Assembly: GCA_964445255.1 (NCBI GenBank)
Contig: CAYUKM010000003.1
Location: 1-46,231 of the forward strand
Reading direction: 5' to 3'
Length of the DNA: 46,231 nucleotides
DNA from: an uncultured Acidimicrobiales bacterium
GTDB lineage: Bacteria; Actinomycetota; Acidimicrobiia; Acidimicrobiales; SHLQ01
This document shows, piece by piece, positions 9,057 through 18,492 of the stretch. Under the pieces are notes generated by a model. It made no database searches, was not told the DNA's origin, and was given only the letters and a program-made list of their open reading frames with translations. A program made the position numbers and the translations under genes. The stretch's first letter is position 1. Each line of letters opens with the position of its first letter.

Positions 9057-9547
9057 AGCGAACCCAGCTAACTCGTACGCATACCTTGGCCGTGCTCGTC
9101 GAGAACAAGGCGGGCGTGCTCGCTCGCGTCGCCGGGCTCTTCGCCCGCCGCGGCTTCAACATCGAGTCGCTTGCCGTGGCCCCGACCGATGAGCGCTTCA
9201 GTCGCATCACGATCGTGATCGACGCGGAGTCGGCTCCGCTCGATCAGATCAAGAAGCAGCTCGACAAGTTGATCGACGTCATCGACATCGTTGAACTATC
9301 GCCCGAGCACTCAGCGCTGCGGGAAATGGTCCTCGCTCGCCTAGAGCTTGACGACGAGGCGAAGGTGGCCGACGTCGAAGCGTTGGTCGACGGATTCAGC
9401 GGCTCGGTGCTGCGAGTGCGTGGATCGTCGATGATGCTCTCGCTCTCGAGCCGGCCAGAAGATCTCGATGCATTCCTCGAAAAGCTTGAACCGTACGGCG
9501 TTGCCGAACTGCAGCGCACCGGGGCCATCGCCATCCCGGGCATCTGA
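9053..9547 (+). CDS. ilvN: Acetolactate synthase small subunit
   Basis: ACT domain VLVENKAGVLARVAGLFARRGFNIESL; overlaps the ilvB stop. Confidence 0.96.
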   Translation: MKRTQLTRTHTLAVLVENKAGVLARVAGLFARRGFNIESLAVAPTDERFSRITIVIDAESAPLDQIKKQLDKLIDVIDIVELSPEHSALREMVLARLELDDEAKVADVEALVDGFSGSVLRVRGSSMMLSLSSRPEDLDAFLEKLEPYGVAELQRTGAIAIPGI

Positions 9548-9651
9548 CCGCCTAGCGAATGGGCCTCTAGACGCATGAGCAAGTAGCGTTTGGACGCTCG
9601 ATCGCACGAATTTCGATTAGTTCACTTACTTACACAAGGAAAGACACATCC

Positions 9652-10683
9652 GTGGCAAACATCTACTACGAGAAGGACGCCGATCGCTCGCTGATCGCCG
9701 ACAAGAAGGTCGCCGTACTCGGTTACGGCTCCCAGGGTCACGCACACGCCCTCAACCTAAAGGAGTCGGGCATCGATGTACGCGTCGGTCTCCGCGAGGG
9801 GTCCTCGTCGAAGGCCAAGGCGCAAGAAGCCGGCCTTACGGTCAAGACGATCGCTGAGGCAACCGCTGAAGCCGATCTGATCATGGTCTTGCTCCCCGAC
9901 ACCGAGCAGGCTGCGATCTACCAGGAGCACATCTTGCCGAACCTTGAGGCTGGCAACGCTTTGGCGTTCGCGCACGGTTTCAACATTCGCTTCGACCTCA
10001 TCGAACCACCAGATGACGTCGACGTCATCATGATCGCCCCTAAGGGTCCAGGTCACCTCGTGCGCCGTACCTACGTCGAAGGCGGCGGAGTGCCGGCCAT
10101 CATCGCTGCGGAGAACGATGCAACCGGTAACGCCATGGCACTCGCCCTCGCCTACGCAGACGCCATTGGTGGCGCCCGGGCAGGCGTGATCGAGACCACC
10201 TTCACCGAAGAGACCGAGACCGACCTCTTCGGTGAGCAGGTAGTGCTCTGCGGAGGAACCTCCGAGTTGGTTCGTTCGGGCTTCCAGACCCTCGTAGACG
10301 CTGGCTACCAGCCAGAGATCGCCTACTTCGAGTGCCTCCACGAGCTGAAGCTCATCGTCGACCTCATGTACGAAGAGGGCATCTCCGGAATGCGCTACAG
10401 CGTGAGCGACACCGCCGAGTATGGCGATCTCAGCCGCGGCCCACGCATCATCAACGATGAGGTGCGCGCCGAGATGAAGAAGGTCCTCACCGAGATCCAG
10501 GACGGCACTTTCGCCGAAGAATGGGTCAACGAATCCAAGAGCGGCCGCAAGAACTTCCACGCAATGGAAGAAGAGGGCAAGGGTCATCTCATTGAGACCG
10601 TTGGTTCAGAGCTCCGAGGCATGATGCCGTGGATCTCCGCTGGCAAGCAGTCCGTCAAGGACGCAGCCGGCGGCCAGAACTAA
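9652..10683 (+). CDS. ilvC: Ketol-acid reductoisomerase
   Basis: [43 protein letters not shown]; AAGGA RBS. Confidence 0.98.
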   Translation: MANIYYEKDADRSLIADKKVAVLGYGSQGHAHALNLKESGIDVRVGLREGSSSKAKAQEAGLTVKTIAEATAEADLIMVLLPDTEQAAIYQEHILPNLEAGNALAFAHGFNIRFDLIEPPDDVDVIMIAPKGPGHLVRRTYVEGGGVPAIIAAENDATGNAMALALAYADAIGGARAGVIETTFTEETETDLFGEQVVLCGGTSELVRSGFQTLVDAGYQPEIAYFECLHELKLIVDLMYEEGISGMRYSVSDTAEYGDLSRGPRIINDEVRAEMKKVLTEIQDGTFAEEWVNESKSGRKNFHAMEEEGKGHLIETVGSELRGMMPWISAGKQSVKDAAGGQN

Positions 10684-10700
10684 GTCAATTCGAACAAATT

Positions 10701-10736
10701 CGTGTGCCTCGCCACCATTCGGTGGAGAGGCACACG
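10701..10736 (+). terminator. Hairpin after ilvC (likely terminator, no U-tract)
   Basis: CGTGTGCCTC-G-CCACC-ATTC-GGTGG-A-GAGGCACACG. Confidence 0.65.
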
Positions 10737-10857
10737 TCGACGTGCTTGCAACCGACTACACCTATGTTGAAGGCGGCGAAGATGACGACGACGAATAGCT
10801 GGTGCGTTCCATAAGCACGGCCGGTCAGCGTCAGCTCTCCAATCTTTGAGGTTGAAG

Positions 10858-11631
10858 CTATTCGGTGCGGCCGTAGAAGGTTTGCAGAGCCGATTCGCTG
10901 ATGCTGATCCCGGGTTTGTCATTGAACGCAAACACGACGAGCATGCGCGTGACGTCGCCCTCGGTTGGTGTCACGCGGTGCAGAGCGTCGCGCCCGCGAA
11001 AGAGAACGAGGTCCCCGGGGGCGAAATCAAGTGTTGATACGTCGACCTCGCCATCGAGTATCGCTCCGACGCGCGCAAAGGCCATGTCACTTGCATCGGA
11101 ATCACGCGCGGCTGGCACATACTCAAACATCGCTCCGCCTTTGGGTGCCTGTAGCAACATCGTGACTGCGAACGACGAGTTGTCGAAGTGCCAGCCCAGC
11201 TCCTCACCAGAGGATGCAAAGTGGACGTTGATCGAGGACAACTTGTCGGCGTATGGGTAGATCGACTCGATGCCTAGAACGCCACATAGGAAAGCGCGGA
11301 ACTGTGCGTCGCCATACACCTCACGAAGCGGCGACGTCGCCGATACTTGATCGTCGGCGATCAGGCCCTTGCTGCTCGTAATCTGTCGGTTGAATACGTG
11401 ATCGTCGGCGAGATCGGGGTTCGAGGGCGTGAGGTAGACGTTGTGCGTCGAGTTTGCGTAGAAGGCCTCCGCCTCCCGGTCCGCTGACTCCGCCACGATC
11501 TGTGCAATGGCCTCATTGGTAAAGAACCCTTCCAGAACCAGCGCACCATCGGCGTCGAGGCGGGCACGGCACGCGTCGACGTAGCCGGAATCAGTAATCG
11601 GGTGTTTGGCGGTGTCGAGGTGAATGGTCAC
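10858..11631 (-). CDS. Fe(II)/2OG oxygenase of the BesD/HalD-related family, HxD hydroxylase type
   Basis: LGWHFD..FAVTMLLQAP.GG.FEYVP ... PGDLVLFRGR..LHRVTP ... R. Confidence 0.75.
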   Translation of the reverse strand: MTIHLDTAKHPITDSGYVDACRARLDADGALVLEGFFTNEAIAQIVAESADREAEAFYANSTHNVYLTPSNPDLADDHVFNRQITSSKGLIADDQVSATSPLREVYGDAQFRAFLCGVLGIESIYPYADKLSSINVHFASSGEELGWHFDNSSFAVTMLLQAPKGGAMFEYVPAARDSDASDMAFARVGAILDGEVDVSTLDFAPGDLVLFRGRDALHRVTPTEGDVTRMLVVFAFNDKPGISISESALQTFYGRTE

Positions 11632-11665
11632 GGCTACCCCCGTTGCCTGCTAGCCCCAACCAGAG

Positions 11666-13147
11666 TTAGTAGCTGCCCTTTTGGAGCAGGACTGCCGGGA
11701 CGGTTCGCAAGATGATGGTGAGGTCGGTGATGAGGGTCCAGTTGTCGACGTAGTACAGATCGAGCTGTCCGTAGTCGTCGCCGTCACCGTCGCCGTCAAG
11801 GCGACCGCCTACCTGCCACATACCAGTGATGCCTGGCTGCACCCGCAGACGGTTGCGCAGCACCGGCTGCCATTGCTCGACCTCAGTAGGCAGAGCAGGG
11901 CGAGGACCAACGATGCTCATCTCGCCGCGAAGGACGTTGATGAACTGTGGCAACTCGTCGATCGACGTCTTGCGGAGGATTCGTCCGATCTTGGTAATGC
12001 GAGGGTCGTCTTTGATCTTGAAGATCGGACCCTTCGCCTCGTTGAGGTGGCGGACGTTCTCGAGCTGAGCCTCGGCGTCGGTGACCATGGTCCGGAGCTT
12101 GTAGACCTCGAACTCTTCGCCATCACGGCCGACACGTACTTGCTTGAAGAACACGGGCCCGGGGCTCGTGGCCTTGATGCCAATCATGGCGCCGATCAGT
12201 ATCGGAAGGGTAGCGAGGAAAAGGCCTGCGCCGAGCACGTAATCGAACATCTGCTTGGCGGAGTTACGCCAGCCGTTGCGTTCTACAGGCTCGATGTACA
12301 CCATCGGGAAGCGGCCTAGCGGGCGGATTGTCAAGCGGTCAGATGCGATATCGCAGAGCGTTGACGAGAGTTCGACGTGTACGTCGTTCTCGGTCAAGGT
12401 TCGGATGAGCTGGTTGCTTGTTCCGACATCGATGCCAGTAGCTGCGATGATTACACCGCCAGCTTTTGCCTCCTTGATAGCCGCGAGCGCCTTGGCTGGA
12501 TCGGCGACATCCTCAAGTCCGCCAGGAAGCTGATCCTCCAGGTACCCAAGCACTTTGTAGCCATGAGAGAGGTCGCTATCGAGCATCTCGCGAACGAAGG
12601 CGCCCTCTTGGTTTTTGCCGACGATCATGACGTTGCGAAGGTTCTCGCCTTGCGTGCGAGCCCGCTTGAAGAGGTAGCGGGCAATACCTCGTTCGATACC
12701 GACGATGATGAGCATCGTCACTATGGCGATGATGATCAGGGTTCGAGCGGGGCGGACCTGCGCGAAGACCGAGACCGCGAAGACCCCCATGAATCCGTAG
12801 AAGATGGCCTTGACTACTCGTGATGCCTCGTCGGCGCTGCGGGCGATGTGGCGTGAGCGGTACAGGAAGTTCCGAGTGAAGCTCAATGGCCAGACCGGGA
12901 AGGTCAAAAAGAAGAGCCAGAAGTAGGTTGAAGCCGACACTGGATCTTCTGGGTTGACGGCCCCATGAATGAGGTTTGCCACAAGAAGTGCAAGGGCAAC
13001 GGCATTGAGATCTGCAACGAAGAGTGCGGCCTTGCGGGCATTAAACCGCGAAGGGCGCTCGCCATCGTTACCGAAAACGGCCGAGGTCGGGTGTAGAACC
13101 ACCCGGTTCTCGGGTGTCTCCAGTTTTGGGGACTCTTGAGTGGACAT
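11666..13147 (-). CDS. Polyprenyl-phosphate glycosylphosphotransferase (WcaJ/WbaP-type priming sugar transferase)
   Basis: N-terminal TMs, CoA-binding-like middle; YKLRTM, DDPRIT, SIDELPQFINVLRGEMSIVGPRP, PGITG.WQV, DLYYV. Confidence 0.93.
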   Translation of the reverse strand: MSTQESPKLETPENRVVLHPTSAVFGNDGERPSRFNARKAALFVADLNAVALALLVANLIHGAVNPEDPVSASTYFWLFFLTFPVWPLSFTRNFLYRSRHIARSADEASRVVKAIFYGFMGVFAVSVFAQVRPARTLIIIAIVTMLIIVGIERGIARYLFKRARTQGENLRNVMIVGKNQEGAFVREMLDSDLSHGYKVLGYLEDQLPGGLEDVADPAKALAAIKEAKAGGVIIAATGIDVGTSNQLIRTLTENDVHVELSSTLCDIASDRLTIRPLGRFPMVYIEPVERNGWRNSAKQMFDYVLGAGLFLATLPILIGAMIGIKATSPGPVFFKQVRVGRDGEEFEVYKLRTMVTDAEAQLENVRHLNEAKGPIFKIKDDPRITKIGRILRKTSIDELPQFINVLRGEMSIVGPRPALPTEVEQWQPVLRNRLRVQPGITGMWQVGGRLDGDGDGDDYGQLDLYYVDNWTLITDLTIILRTVPAVLLQKGSY

Positions 13148-13309
13148 GTGGTTTGAACGTTCGTGAAGCCGCTGGTTCTAAGTTCTCACCTTAGGCGAGT
13201 TTTTGCGAGGGCGTTAACCGGTTGTGAGACCACAAACGCGCCGCGTGCTAGACCTTCGGCATATTGAGCACGGTCCTGACTAGTTCTTCCAGTCTTTTTT
13301 GGAACGACC

Positions 13310-15763
13310 TCAGCTGGTAGGAATCCAGATCAGGGCGAACTCATCGATCGAAATATCGGTCTTTTCGAGCGGGACTTCGATCGTGTCGATCTCTTTGGCC
13401 TTGTCGTCCCAATCAGACTGGATTTCCCACAGGCTGTCGGTTAGTTCCGTTTCGAGCTCTTCTAGCTCGTCCGCCTTGTCCTCAAGTCGGTTCTCGGCGG
13501 TCTTCAAACGCTCTTCAGCGTTGCCCTTCACGCGGCCCTTCGACGTTGCTCGACGGGCGCCACCGAGGATCGATCGCGTTGAACGACGACCTCCGAGCAC
13601 TCCACCGAGGACCGACATACCAATATCGAGAATTTGTTCCTTGCCGCGCGAGTCCACATCGGCCTCAAGTTCGCGGATGCGGTCTTCGCTCTTCTCGATA
13701 GCCGCTCGCACGCGATCCATCTTTGTCTCGAGTGACTTGCGAAGCTTGGCTACATCCTCATCGGCTTTCTCACCAGCTACTTCGTTGCACCGCTGGGTGA
13801 AGTCTTCCATCGACTCGCCCACGCGTGAGGCCAGTTTGAGTTCGGGGTTAAAGAACAACTCCAGCGATTCGCCCCGGTAGAGCTTGTCTTTGAGCTGGGT
13901 CTGCGCCTTGGAGAACAGCGTCTTGGTGTGGATCTTTGCGGTAGGCAGCACGAAGACCTGATCTTCGCGGACCTTGTCGCGGCGGAGGTCGCGATCGTCA
14001 TAGTCAACCTCCACTGCATCGTCGACATCGATCTCATCGTCGACCGGCGAAATGATCGCTTCCCACTCGACCTCATGGCGCAGATCCGCCTTCGTGTCGT
14101 CGAAGAGCAAGTTCACTCGAGTAGCAACGCCGGCGACCAAGCGGCGCCCGTCCGGATCACCACCGACATCGCCCAGCCATGGTGCGCCAGGGTCAATGAA
14201 GTAGACATCGGTACCGTCGGCGACCTCGGGTACGACGTCGGACTCATCGTCTGCTAACTCCCGCTCGTTCCTCGCTCCCGCAATCGCACTTCCGCTTCGC
14301 TCTGAGTGCTCTGCAGCTGCGCCGGAGGCGTCGAGCCGCTCCTCGTCCCTCGTCGCTCCAGAGGCGCCAGCACCCAACTCTGATTTCTTAGTCTCCATCA
14401 GATCGGCGATCTGGGTGCGGGTCAGTGGACCTGGCAGGTAGCTCATGGCCCAACGGGTGCCAAACATCGTCGGTGCGTTGGCACGGGTCTGATGCAACAG
14501 GAACTGTCGCTTGTCGAGAGCGGAGATGATGTCTGAAAGTTCACTCTTGTTCTCGCCGCCGCTCGCCGCGGTCATGCCTTCGAGTAGACGGTCCTTGTCA
14601 CGCTCGGTCTGCAATCGGCCGACCATCCAGGTCCCGGCGTTTGAAATGGCCTTGTAGTCGATGTCGACCGGGTTCTGGGTGGCGAGCACGAGGCCGACGC
14701 CGAAGGCGCGGGCCTGCTTGAGGATAGTGAGAATCGGCTTCTTCGTGGGCGGCATCGCGGTTGGCGGTACATAGCCGAACACTTCGTCCATGTAGATCAA
14801 TGCCCGTAGCTCGGGGGTACCGGCTTGCTTGCGCATCCATGTGACGATCTTGGAGAGCACGAGCGTTACGACAAACTGGCGCTCGGAGTCCGACAGGTGC
14901 GCGATGGAGATGATCGAAGCTTTGGGGCCTTGGCCCAACATGGCGTCGATATCGAGGGGCACGCCCTCCATCCACGAACCAAACGCGGGTGAAGCCAACA
15001 GGCCGTTGAGCTTCATGACCAAGGCAGTTCGGTCCTTGGCGGGATAGAAGCTTTCAAGCTCGAGTACGCCGAGCTTGCGCATCGGCGGATTCTGGATCTG
15101 GCCGAGCAGTGTTGACAACGAGAGGTTCTCGCCGTTCTCCCAGGCACGGTGCACGAGGTTGGACAACAAGATGTGCTCGCGGCTGGTGAGCGGGTCTGCC
15201 TCGATGTCGACCAAGGCCAACAGCGAGGAGACGAGACCTTCGACCTCGTCGGCGAGCGCTTCAGAATCCGCGCCGGCAGGAGCGGAGAGGTCACCGATGA
15301 TGTCGAGCCCGATGCCCGAGTTTGATCCCGGGGTGTAGATCGTAAAGTCGGCCTTCTCACGCAGTGCGGCTATGCGGTCAGGGGTGATTCCCCAACCGTC
15401 GAGGCCGTTCTTCCACATGTCGGCGGTGTTGCCAGCCAGTTCACCGACGGAAATGCCGTCACGGTCGGCATCGGCTGAGTTCACCCATGGCTCGAACGAT
15501 GGGCCGTCGAGTTCTGGGAATGTGAGCAACAGGTTGCCCATGTCGCCCTTCGGGTCGATGATAATCGTCGGAATTCCCTGCATGAGGGCCTCCTCCAACA
15601 TGATCACCGAAAGGCCGGTTTTGCCCGACCCGGTCATGCCCACGATCACGCCGTGAGTGGTCAGATCGCTGGCTTCGAGATGAACCGAATCACCGGTTCG
15701 TTCGCCGTTGGATGGATCGAGTACCCCGCCCAGGTACAGGTGGCCCTGTGGAACGTCAGTCAT
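13310..15763 (-). CDS. HerA/FtsK-superfamily ATPase (DUF87/DUF853-like) with C-terminal coiled coil
   Basis: THGVIVGMTGSGKT Walker A, IIDPKGD, IYMDEV Walker B, QARAFGV..LATQNP; leaderless TACAGT 7 nt before ATG. Confidence 0.85.
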   Translation of the reverse strand: MTDVPQGHLYLGGVLDPSNGERTGDSVHLEASDLTTHGVIVGMTGSGKTGLSVIMLEEALMQGIPTIIIDPKGDMGNLLLTFPELDGPSFEPWVNSADADRDGISVGELAGNTADMWKNGLDGWGITPDRIAALREKADFTIYTPGSNSGIGLDIIGDLSAPAGADSEALADEVEGLVSSLLALVDIEADPLTSREHILLSNLVHRAWENGENLSLSTLLGQIQNPPMRKLGVLELESFYPAKDRTALVMKLNGLLASPAFGSWMEGVPLDIDAMLGQGPKASIISIAHLSDSERQFVVTLVLSKIVTWMRKQAGTPELRALIYMDEVFGYVPPTAMPPTKKPILTILKQARAFGVGLVLATQNPVDIDYKAISNAGTWMVGRLQTERDKDRLLEGMTAASGGENKSELSDIISALDKRQFLLHQTRANAPTMFGTRWAMSYLPGPLTRTQIADLMETKKSELGAGASGATRDEERLDASGAAAEHSERSGSAIAGARNERELADDESDVVPEVADGTDVYFIDPGAPWLGDVGGDPDGRRLVAGVATRVNLLFDDTKADLRHEVEWEAIISPVDDEIDVDDAVEVDYDDRDLRRDKVREDQVFVLPTAKIHTKTLFSKAQTQLKDKLYRGESLELFFNPELKLASRVGESMEDFTQRCNEVAGEKADEDVAKLRKSLETKMDRVRAAIEKSEDRIRELEADVDSRGKEQILDIGMSVLGGVLGGRRSTRSILGGARRATSKGRVKGNAEERLKTAENRLEDKADELEELETELTDSLWEIQSDWDDKAKEIDTIEVPLEKTDISIDEFALIWIPTS

Positions 15764-15889
15764 AGCTGCGACTGTACTATTTCAGCGGTCCCAACCCGGT
15801 CCTGGTGGACCTCGATGCTCGGCTCTTGCTAAATCAACGACCGCAATCAGGCCGTGGACGGTGTCGATGCCAAGAACCAGCGCGAGAAG

Positions 15890-16795
15890 CTAGCGATCGG
15901 TTACGTCGGTAAAGACACGGGTCTCTACGCGGGTGTCCACACCGCCGGCGCCGAAGATGCCCCAGGCCTCGGTGAAATCCACCGACCGGAGTCGGTCGAT
16001 GCCATGGTCGAAGCGATAGGCGGTGGTTTGCACGACAGCGCCCTCGAAGCCGATGTTCGCGAAGGCCTCCGGCCGTCCGTTGGGGTCGCGGAGTTCCTCC
16101 AGAAGGTCATCTAGGTCCTCGATGATCTCTTCGGGGCCGATGTGTCTGGTCGCTCGAAGCACCTCACAGCCCTGGTCGTCGGTGCCGAGGTGTTCAAGGG
16201 TAAGGGTAGCGGTCTCGATGCTTGCGGTGAGAGGGTTGATCATCAATGCCGGTGAGGTGATTGTTGCGCCGTCAGCAACCGATGCGACGAAGTTATAGAT
16301 TTCGACGTCGGTGGCGATGAGGTCGGCGGGAGGCGTGTCGCTGATGATCGCACCGAAGTCATCGATCTCGACTTCGATCGTGTCGGCGGGAAGAGATTGT
16401 CCGATTTCGGTGAGGCTGCCGTCATCGAACATGGTCTCGCCGATGACCCAATCGAGCAGTGTTCCGGTTGGGGCGAGTTCTGCTGCGGTGACCGTAATCG
16501 GAGTGGTGCCGATCGCGCCGCTGATCCTGGGGTCAACGCCCGCGCCAACACTCGACGTAGCGAGCGATAGCTCGCGGACTTCGCCCAAGTTCCAACTAAC
16601 CGCGAGGTCGAGGCCCGACGACGGATCTTCGCCCGTGCACGTCGCCGTCCCCTCGGGAAAAGCCTGGCCCGGCTCGGCGTCGGAGCTACACGATGTGGCG
16701 AGGACACAAAATAGCGATAGCGCGACCACCGCCTTCCGAAGGGGGGTGGACGAACGAGTGCGAAGTTTTCCGAAAGCGGTGCCCATAACTTCCAT
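15890..16795 (-). CDS. Hypothetical lipoprotein
   Basis: Signal peptide with lipobox LATSC; long ORF with typical codon usage. Confidence 0.7.
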   Translation of the reverse strand: MEVMGTAFGKLRTRSSTPLRKAVVALSLFCVLATSCSSDAEPGQAFPEGTATCTGEDPSSGLDLAVSWNLGEVRELSLATSSVGAGVDPRISGAIGTTPITVTAAELAPTGTLLDWVIGETMFDDGSLTEIGQSLPADTIEVEIDDFGAIISDTPPADLIATDVEIYNFVASVADGATITSPALMINPLTASIETATLTLEHLGTDDQGCEVLRATRHIGPEEIIEDLDDLLEELRDPNGRPEAFANIGFEGAVVQTTAYRFDHGIDRLRSVDFTEAWGIFGAGGVDTRVETRVFTDVTDR

Positions 16796-16867
16796 AACTG
16801 TACGTTTGACGCGCTGGTTTGAGCGCGGGCGCAGTCCAAGCGTCCGCTGGCGTCGGTCTTGCCGACG

Positions 16868-17015
16868 CTATTGGTCTGTGATGTCGGTGAACGTTTTTGT
16901 CTCGATACGAGTACCGCCCTCACCGCTCACTTCAAAAATTCGGATCGTCTCGGCGAACTCGACGCGCCGGACCCGATCGATTCCATGGTCGAACCTGTAC
17001 GTGATAGTTCGAATG
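16868..17015 (-). pseudogene. 3' fragment of a paralog of the 15890-16795 lipoprotein
   Basis: TITYRFDHGIDRVRRVEFAE..TRIETKTFTDITDQ* aligns to TTAYRFDHGIDRLRSVDFTE..TRVETRVFTDVTDR*; no plausible start of its own. Confidence 0.8.
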
Positions 17016-17019
17016 GCGC

Positions 17020-18219
17020 TCAGTCCAAGCGTTCGATGACCATGGCCATGCCTTGGCCGCCGCCCACGCACATGGACTCAACGCCGTAGCGGCCACCGGA
17101 GTCCTGCAGGCCGTTGAGCAGGGTGGTCATGATGCGTGCGCCGGTCATACCGAAGGGGTGCCCGAGGGCGATCGATCCACCGTTCACGTTGAGCTTCTCC
17201 TCGGGGATGCCAACTTCGTCGGCGGAGCCTAGGACCTGCACGGCAAACGCTTCGTTGATCTCGAACATGTCGATGTCGTCCACGGTCAACTCAGCGCGCT
17301 CCAGCGCCTTCTTAATGGATTCGATCGGGCCGAGGCCCATGATCTCCGGGTTCAGGCTGGAAACAGCGCTGGACACGATCCGGGCCAGGGGCTTGATGCC
17401 GAGCTCCGCTGCCTTGGTGTCGCTCATGACGACCACCGCTGCGGCACCATCGTTGAGTGGGCATGCGTTTCCTGCGGTGACGGTGCCATCGGGCCGGAAC
17501 ACCGGGTTCAGTTGGCTGACCTTTTCGATCGTGGTGCCCTCGCGGATGCCGTCATCTTTGGTCATCATCGTGCCGTCGGGCAGGGGATAGGGCGTGATCT
17601 CGTTCTCGAAGAAGCCGCGGTTCATGGCGGCCTCGGCTCGGTTCTGCGAACGGACGCCCCATTCGTCTTGTCGCTCGCGGCTAATCCCGGTCATTTGCGC
17701 CACATTCTCGGCGGTTTGACCCATCTCGATGTAGATGTCGGGAACCTCGGGTGCTTCCCAGTCGGATGCGCCCTCCTCTTTGCGTTCTGTGGTGCGAGCT
17801 TCTGCGTCTGCGAAGTGCCCGTTGTGCTCGCCGGTATCGCTCATGCCGTTTCCATAGCGGCTGACCGTCTCGACACCGCCGGCGACGAACACGTCGCCCT
17901 CGCCAGCTTTGATGGCGTGAGCAGCCATGCGGATCGTCTGCAATGACGAGCTGCAATAGCGGTTGATTGTTACGCCGGGGACCTCTAGGCCGGCGAGCAG
18001 TGCGGAGACGCGTGCGATGTTGTATCCGCCCTCACCACCTGGCTGGCCAATTCCCCACATGATGTCTTCGATTTCAGAGCGGTCTAGAGCCGGAACTTTG
18101 TTGAGGACGTCGTCGATAATGAACGCGGACATGTCGTCTGGTCGGACGTCGACCATCGACCCCTTAAAGGCCCTGCCGATCGGGGTGCGGGAGGCGGCGA
18201 CGATTACAGCTTCGGCCAT
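17020..18219 (-). CDS. Acetyl-CoA C-acyltransferase (thiolase)
   Basis: RTPIGRA, NRYCSSS, NEAFA, GGSIALGHPFG, CVGGGQG; start MAEAVIV at 18219. Confidence 0.95.
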   Translation of the reverse strand: MAEAVIVAASRTPIGRAFKGSMVDVRPDDMSAFIIDDVLNKVPALDRSEIEDIMWGIGQPGGEGGYNIARVSALLAGLEVPGVTINRYCSSSLQTIRMAAHAIKAGEGDVFVAGGVETVSRYGNGMSDTGEHNGHFADAEARTTERKEEGASDWEAPEVPDIYIEMGQTAENVAQMTGISRERQDEWGVRSQNRAEAAMNRGFFENEITPYPLPDGTMMTKDDGIREGTTIEKVSQLNPVFRPDGTVTAGNACPLNDGAAAVVVMSDTKAAELGIKPLARIVSSAVSSLNPEIMGLGPIESIKKALERAELTVDDIDMFEINEAFAVQVLGSADEVGIPEEKLNVNGGSIALGHPFGMTGARIMTTLLNGLQDSGGRYGVESMCVGGGQGMAMVIERLD

Positions 18220-18492
18220 GAGAGGTGCTCTTTCGTTTGGCGACTGTTGGGTAGTTGGCAGTTGCCGTCTCACGTTACTAGCAAACCCATATTCGACAAG
18301 TTCCTGTGGATGTGCTAGCACACCGTGAGACACCCCATCTGTTTTTCAGATAGCCATGTCGCGGATAGCTATTGCAAACCCCCACAAAGCGCGCGCACCA
18401 TCTTGAACGGTAAGTGGAGTAGAAGGGCCGAATGGGCGCGCAGCATTGACAGCTGCGTGGTCTGTCCTGTCCTCAGGAGGACCAACAACGTA

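Noticed and set aside
10858-11631. Radical halogenase call
   Set aside because: Metal motif is HFD; halogenases replace the Asp with Gly or Ala
13310-15763. EccC/type VII secretion ATPase or HerA-based defence system
   Set aside because: Single ATPase domain with no N-terminal TMs; no nuclease or Sir2 partner; far from the WXG-like gene
15890-15892. Programmed stop-codon readthrough
   Set aside because: The paralogous fragment ends at the equivalent position, so TAG is the real end
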